Shown piece after piece: positions 54,461 through 64,000 of a stretch of DNA of 64,000 nucleotides. Under the pieces are notes generated by a model, which worked only from the letters and a program-made list of their open reading frames with translations, was not told the DNA's origin and searched no databases. Position 1 is the stretch's first letter. Every line of letters begins with the position of its first letter. The stretch lies in NCBI RefSeq assembly GCF_009914755.1, contig NC_060943.1, one strand, 5' to 3'. The position numbers were made by a program, and so were the translations under genes. This DNA comes from the human T2T-CHM13v2.0 reference genome, Homo sapiens.

Positions 54461-55059
54461 AATGTAAATATAAAAATGAAAGTAATAGATCTCTTCCACA
54501 AATGTGCTGGGACAACTAACTGGATATCCACGTGAAAATGAATAATGTTGGATCCCTAACTCACAAAATCAAAAATTTTATTTAAAGAAATTTTAAAAAA
54601 GGAGAGAGAGAGAGACGAGGAAGGGAGCGCTGCCGGAGGAGGTGTTACTTTGTCGCCCAGGCTAACTTGGACCCCCCCCCGGCTCAGCGATCCTCCTGCC
54701 ACTGCTTCCTGAGTAGCTGGGACCTCAGGCTTTCGCCCCGCGCCCGCATCTCTGCTGTGTTTAAGCAGTAGGTGGTGACCTCACTCCTCCCTGGCCTGAG
54801 CACTCCGTCCCGCATCCCAGGGGGAGGCCCTAGGGAAATCTCTGAAGCTGAGCACAGGGTGGACTCTCCTTTCCCAGTGAATGGAGAATAGAAAGGGAGA
54901 GGATTTCTATTCTGTTCTGTGGGCCGTCAGCATGAAATCGTATGTTCCGCCCAGGCAGGGCTTTGCATTTCACATCCTAGTTTGCATCCCCGTTTCAGAC
55001 AATTCCAGGGCTTTTGAATCATGCCTCAGCCTTCCTGTCCGGTCTCGCCTGCAAAGCTC

Positions 55060-55820
55060 GAAAACAAGAGGCGCTGGGAGCGAGGTTGAGAGATGCACAG
55101 GTCCCGCCCCGGCCCCGCCTTCTGCCAATTCTAAAGGGGAAGGTCTCTCCGCTTCGCGCCCCGCCCCTACCTCGCTCAGGCCCCGCCTACCTCCCCGCGG
55201 GTCCCGCCCAGGCCTGGCTTCTGTCCTGCGCGCGCAGATTCGCGCAAACCCGGAAGCGGATCGCATGGAGTGATGGTCCCACCGCAGCGGTGAGTTTTGC
55301 TCTGTGTTGTGTTAAGTCTGCGCTTCCCAAGTCCCCGGCGCTTCTGTACCTGGGACGTGGGGTCCCCATAGACCTGGAAATTCTCACCCGTGTTCCTTCA
55401 CCTAGAGCAAATTTAGACGTCCTCGTCAGAGTCCAGGGGTCGCTTCCTTTTGGGTTTAAAGTCGCCCTGAGGATGGTCCCTTCCCGAATCTTTCTGCTAT
55501 AGGGCAATGTATACACTTCCCATCGCGTAGTTTCCCTGCTCAAAACCTTTTTCTGACTCCTCCCGACCCGCACTTTTTAAAGTCCTTACCGCGAGGCGGA
55601 TTCCCGCCCTTGGCGCCTCCCAGTCTTGTCTTAAGGCGCCGTCGCCCCCCACCTCCCTCCTCGTTCCAGGCCCTTATGCTCCCCAGGTCTCCCCACCGCA
55701 GTCACCGCTTACCCTGAGCCCGCGTTGGGGAGGTGCCCGGGGCTGTCCTATGACACCGGGTGTTCTTGCCTGCCCTGCACCAGCCCCTGGAAAATGCGCT
55801 CCTCCGGGATGCAGGCGTCT
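55060..55820 (+). promoter_or_regulatory. ZNF845: CpG-island promoter and non-coding exon 1 (to 55289) of a KRAB-ZNF gene
   Basis: GC boxes, ETS site CCGGAAG at ~55250, donor CG|GTGAGT at 55290. Confidence 0.8.
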
Positions 55821-56116
55821 TACTCCAAAGCCCTCCTGTGATTGTGTTGGCCAAAGGGATCAGGAGACTGAGAGAGAGAGCAGTAGAAAACCTGAGACAG
55901 AGAAAAGAAGAATGAGAAAGACCATAACAGATGGCAAAGTAGAGGATGAGTGAGGGATTTGCCAAGAGAGAGCAAAAATGAAAAAAACAAAACAAAACAA
56001 AAAACAGCAGGAGGAGCAGATCCCAGGGAAAAAGAAAACAAGAGCTAGAGAGAGAAGGGGAGAATGAGAGATATGTACAGAATTAGGGAGGGAAGCACAG
56101 TAATGAAGAAAGGGGG

Positions 56117-58020
<1,904 letters not shown>

Positions 58021-58884
58021 ACCACCACCAAAAAATGAAAGCAAAAGGCACATCAAAAGTGCTTTTGTTCTCGTTGTGTAACATATTTTCTTTTTTTTCT
58101 TTCTGGTTCCTCTTCCTTCCTTTCTTTCTTTCTTTCTTTTTTTTTTTTTTTTTTGCAGTTTTACTTTGAGATAAATCTTAGTTTTAAATATTTCTTTTTT
58201 AATACATAATCACTTCTGAAAGATGCATTTGCAGCATCCTATAACCAGCTCACATTTTTCAGTTATTTTCCCATTGACATCTGAATTTGTTCGATTTTTT
58301 AAAAAACAATTTCCAAATAGTTTCTGTTTGAAATTAGTTGCGTCCAGTTCAGATCGAGGTCTGCATGCTTTCTAGTCTTTATTATTTATTGGAAACCTTT
58401 AACATCAAAATGTAGTTTAACGAGTTAGCCTGTTTTTCAGTTTTGTTGTCATTTGTTAAAATCTTGAGCTGTGAGCTATTAAGTGCATGTTTCCCTCAAG
58501 GCACCTCTGGTCCATGTGGACAAATGTTGAAAGCCCAACTCCTCACTGTGGCTCCATAGCCCTGTGTCCAGGGCCCCTGCCAGTGTCCAGCCTCCTCCTG
58601 GGAGCTTGCCCTCATCGCATGACTGTCTCTGCCCCAGTCATATTTGCTTTTCTCTTTTCCCAAACACTAAAACCCTTCCTGTCTCAGGTTGCTGTCCCTG
58701 CTCTTACCCTGTGTTCCTAAATGATCACGGCCCTGTGCCTTTCTTCTCCTTCAGGTCTAGGCTCAGAGATGTCTCCCATGCCCTCCCACCCCCATCTGAA
58801 GTTCCCTCTGCCCGTCAGTCTCTATCACGTTACTCAGATTTTATTATCTCTGCATCAGTCACATCAGAAACACTCTTTTTATTT

Positions 58885-59500
58885 TATTTTCTTTTTTTTA
58901 GACAGAGTCTCACTCTACCGTCCAGGCTGTGAGTGTAGTCTGGTGACCTTCTCTCCCTGCAACCTCTGTCTTCTAGGTTCAAGCAATTCTTCTGCCTCAC
59001 CCTTGCAAGCAGCTGAAATTAAATGTGTGTGCCACCACAGCCAGCTAATTTTTGTATTTTAATTTTAATTTAATTTAATTTAATTTTACTTTTGAGTTTC
59101 AATCTGTCTCCCAGGCTGGAGTGCAGTGGCGTAATCATGGTTCACTGCAACCTCCTCCTCCCGGGTTAAAGTGATTCTCCTGCCTCAGCCTCCTGAGTAG
59201 CTGGGATTACAGAGTCGCACCAAGCCCAGCTACTTTTTGTATTTTTAGTAGAGATGGAGTTTCACCATCTTGGTCAGGCTGGTCTCGAACTCCAGACCTT
59301 AAGTAATCCACCTGCCTTGGCCTCCCAGAGTGCTAGGGTACAGGTATGAGCCACCGCGCCCGCCCCAATTTTTGTATTTTTAGTAGAGACAGGGTTTCAC
59401 CTTGTTGGCCAGGCTTATCTCAAACTCATGACCTCAGGTGATCCGTCTGCCTAGGCCTACCCGTGTGCTGGGATTACAGGCAAGAGCCACAGTGCCCGCC
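58885..59500 (-). mobile_element. Nested Alus
   Basis: An Alu inserted in the linker of another Alu. Confidence 0.85.
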
Positions 59501-60195
59501 CAGAGATGCCTTTCTGCATGGATTATTTTGAGTGTTTTGTGTCTCCCTTCTTTGGAGGATGCACAGTTCCCATCTTGGCCACAGGACAACTGCAGCACCT
59601 ACTCTGGGGTTGTGGTTCAGATGCTGAGGCGTCTTCAGGGAAGACTCAGGGCCTGGGGCAAGTGCAAGGATGGTCCCACATTTCTTCTGGAAATTTCAAT
59701 TCTAATTGATCTGAACTTCCTGTGGCTATTTATTTCAGTCAAAATAAAAGGAGAAGGCCTCACTAAGGTCAGAAAGCCCTACAGACCAGACCCTGTGTCC
59801 TCAGGCAGTGCCGAGGCATCTCCATTTTTGTCATCTGTGTCACTGCCTCACTCCAGCTCCCGGGTCTCCGTGCTCTGTACATCACCAGGACCCAGTTTGG
59901 CCATTATGGGCAGGGGCTTTGCCACCAGTAGGTGATGCGCTCAGCGTCAAGGGTCCTGGATTCCCTTCAGGAAGGGTGGGGAGAAGGTCAGGGACCTGAG
60001 GGGCATGAAGGACACACTCCTACACAACTAGTTCTGTTCCGGAGCAGCTGGAGGCTCCGTGACTTTAGGAAAGATTCTTCCAAGAATCAAGAGTGCAAAC
60101 AGCACCGTGAACTGCAGCCCGAGGGCCACCTCCTCCTGCCAGGCCAGTGGTGATGACGCTCTACTGGCTTTTCCTTGCCTGTCACAACACGTGAG

Positions 60196-60196
<1 letters not shown>

Positions 60197-60229
<33 letters not shown>

Positions 60230-60247
60230 CACACTCCCACACACACA
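60197..60247. repeat. (CA)n microsatellite
   Basis: Direct inspection. Confidence 0.95.
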
Positions 60248-60298
60248 GTCACAAGGCAGCTGGGGAGTCGAAGGTCAAGATGCTATAATGTAAATGTG

Positions 60299-60615
<317 letters not shown>

Positions 60616-61281
60616 TGTGCTATAATGTAAATGTGGAGCACAAATATTTTTTCCACAAAGAGGGGCCACTGGTTCCTGGGAAGGGAGTTTGAGGGTTATA
60701 GCCCTGGTCATGGCCAGAAGACTTAGGAACTGGAGGAAGGAAAAGCTGTATTTATCCTCACAGGATGCTCCTGTGAACAGATGGGCTGATCTAATGGAGT
60801 GACATTTAGAAAAAGGGGTTTTTCTCTCCACCCAGCACACACCGTCACCCACCCTATGCACAGTCCTCCCTTTCCCGTTGTCTTCTCTAGAATGACAAAG
60901 TTGATGCTTCCCCAGGTGGGCGTCTGAGGGAGGGGAGTGGTTTCCCTGCCTGTCCTTGATCCCCTCCCTCAAGTCTTCCACCTTCGTGTCCGCTGTTCTG
61001 TTCTGACACTCATTGCCTGCAATTCTATCGGTTTGCACCATCCCAAGACCCAACTAAGACCCAAGGATTTGAGTCTGGGAATATTTAAGCCAATGTCATT
61101 GCCAAGTCAGAAGTCTTAGACCCCAGGAATTTTTCTTCATTGAGAGTCTGGGCAGCCAGGAAGCCTCTCCTCTTTCTGCAGAGTTGAGGTCAACCAGGAC
61201 CCTGGCACATGTGAGACCCCAGAGGGGACATACTAGTATCACTCAGTCATTCTCATTCATTCACTCACTCAGTAGCTATGA

Positions 61282-61853
<572 letters not shown>

Positions 61854-62808
61854 CATCTCGTGGCTTTAAACTTTACCCCCATGGCCCCATGGCCCCTGCA
61901 GACCTCTCCCCTGAACGCTACAGTCCTGTGTCCAGTTGACTCCTTAACTCTCTGCTGGGAGGATGAACAGGCATCTCCACCTTCATGTGTCCAAAGGTGA
62001 CTTCCCGAACTTCCGTAAACGCATTCCCCCATGCTCCTGCCCTTCTCAGATGAGGGTGACCTTGTGCTTCCTAGGATATCACTAAAATCTCAGCATGCTT
62101 TTAAAATGTAAAGGATAATTACATTGTTTATAAGGGTTTTAATTTGTAATATAAAGAAAAAATTACATGTTTACTCACAATGGGTGAAGAAATTCATCAT
62201 TTTAAAAATTCTTTGGAGGTGTGGGAGAAAAATGTTAGAAGACCTCATCCCTGCCTGATCTGCCCTCCCAGGTCCTCTCTGACCTCATCTGTTTCCCGTG
62301 TCCTCCTCCCTCCCTCTGCTCCAGCCATGCAGGCGTCTTTCCTGTTCCTGGGCCGAGGTTGCTCCTGCCTCAAGGCGTTCATGTGGGCTGTCCCTCTGCT
62401 GGAACTCGCTGGCCCCTCAGCTGCAGGTGCAAACACCCCTCCTTCCCCAGGTCTCTGTTCTGATATCACCTTCTCAGTGGGGACTTCTGTGACCCACCTC
62501 CCATTTCACACTCCAGCTACACCCTCACCCCCTCCTCTGGTCCATATTGGCTGCTCTGCATGCTTCTTTCTGTTTTTTCACCTTCCACTGCCTGTAGGAG
62601 TTTATCGTCCCTGGTACAGTGGGCAGCAGAGGGGACCATATTTCCTCAGGGTGAGGTCTCCTTTGTATGTTTCATTGTGTTAACGGAGGGGGTGTGTTGA
62701 TTCTGAGCAATAAACAACATATTTTTAACATTCAGGATTGACTTCTAAAGACTCTTGGTACGTGAGGAAGAAACCCGGAAGAGGAAGAGGAAAGCAAAGG
62801 AGTCAGGG

Positions 62809-62823
62809 ATGGCTCTTTCTCAG
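62809..62823 (+). CDS. ZNF845: First coding segment (MALSQ) of a KRAB zinc-finger protein; exon 2 spans 62736-62823 and the remaining exons lie beyond the window
   Basis: Acceptor ttcag|GATTG, gggATGG Kozak context, donor CAG|GTGAGA; a typical start exon for this KZNF subfamily. The symbol is from recalled locus order. Confidence 0.8.
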
Positions 62824-63564
62824 GTGAGATGATATGTTGGGTGGATTGTTCTGTCTCCTTCCTCTCAGAAATCCTGGGCCTTGGAGTTGGGAATCTTCTC
62901 TGAGTCTGAAGCATCCTGCCTGACAGGTTTGCTCGCACTCACCCATGCCTTCCCTCAGTCCCTCTCATCTCGCTTAGATTCCATCTCTTGTGACACAGTG
63001 ACATCAACTTGGGAAGAGGCCGCACTGGGCATGGTCCTGGGAAGGGCTCACACCGAGACATGGATGGAGATGGGATGAGGGCCCCATGGTGTCAGTGCTG
63101 TTGGGCAGCAGGGATTGTTCAGGGGCCACATCTGGATGCACTGTCAGCTCTCTGTGAACCAGGATTAGAGCAGCTGCCAATGGAAGTCATGTATTCATGT
63201 GCACAAAGTAGGTGGTAAATTCTAGAAAAGGTGACCAATAAGGGGAAACGTTTTCTGCCTGATTTTATACTACATTTTTAGTTTTTTGAGTGAGTTACTG
63301 TGTTTCTGACTCCAAAAATCTTAGTAATTAGAATGGAAAGTTCATACACAGACATGAATGATAGAAGATGTTTTATTCCATCATTTCTTTAAGAATAGGA
63401 AATCAACCTGAATCATAGCAGGAGATTCATTCAACCATTCTTAGCACATTAAAGCTCATGGAGACTGTGGGGTTACTGCGGAGAGGCTTGTGAAACAGGT
63501 GTTTTCAGGAAAAATGGTTATAATTTTTCTCAAATATGGGAGCAGTACTTCATTTTTATCCTAG

Positions 63565-63914
<350 letters not shown>

Positions 63915-64000
63915 CCACCAATTATTATTAAATATATATTTTTATATGTAAACATCACATGATATATTTATTTGTTTTCTGGTAAAACTCGAAGGAAAGC

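Overview
Primate (human-like) genomic DNA. Gene content and order match, from recall, human 19q13.42: FAM90A27P(+), BIRC8(-), FAM90A28P(-), a VN1R4-like vomeronasal receptor pseudogene (VN1R6P, +) and the 5' end of a KRAB zinc-finger gene (ZNF845, +). The dominant structure is a large inverted duplication with arms at ~1-8180 and ~18830-26670 around a ~10.6 kb spacer. Each arm carries a four-coding-exon FAM90A copy, and the two copies are convergent. The left copy has an intact 459-codon spliced ORF; the right has one nonsense change in its last exon. Arm identity is a mosaic of near-identical blocks and diverged islands, as expected from gene conversion. The spacer holds the XIAP retrocopy BIRC8 inserted into an old L1, an orphan copy of V1R upstream sequence with no receptor CDS, and a solo ERV1 (LTR10-like) LTR that carries a perfect p53 element and points towards BIRC8. 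The rest is dense in Alu, L1, ERV/MaLR and DNA-transposon remnants, with an RPL39 processed pseudogene, a degenerate C2H2 fragment and an apparently orphan KZNF-type promoter. Repeat family names and boundaries were assigned by eye and are approximate.
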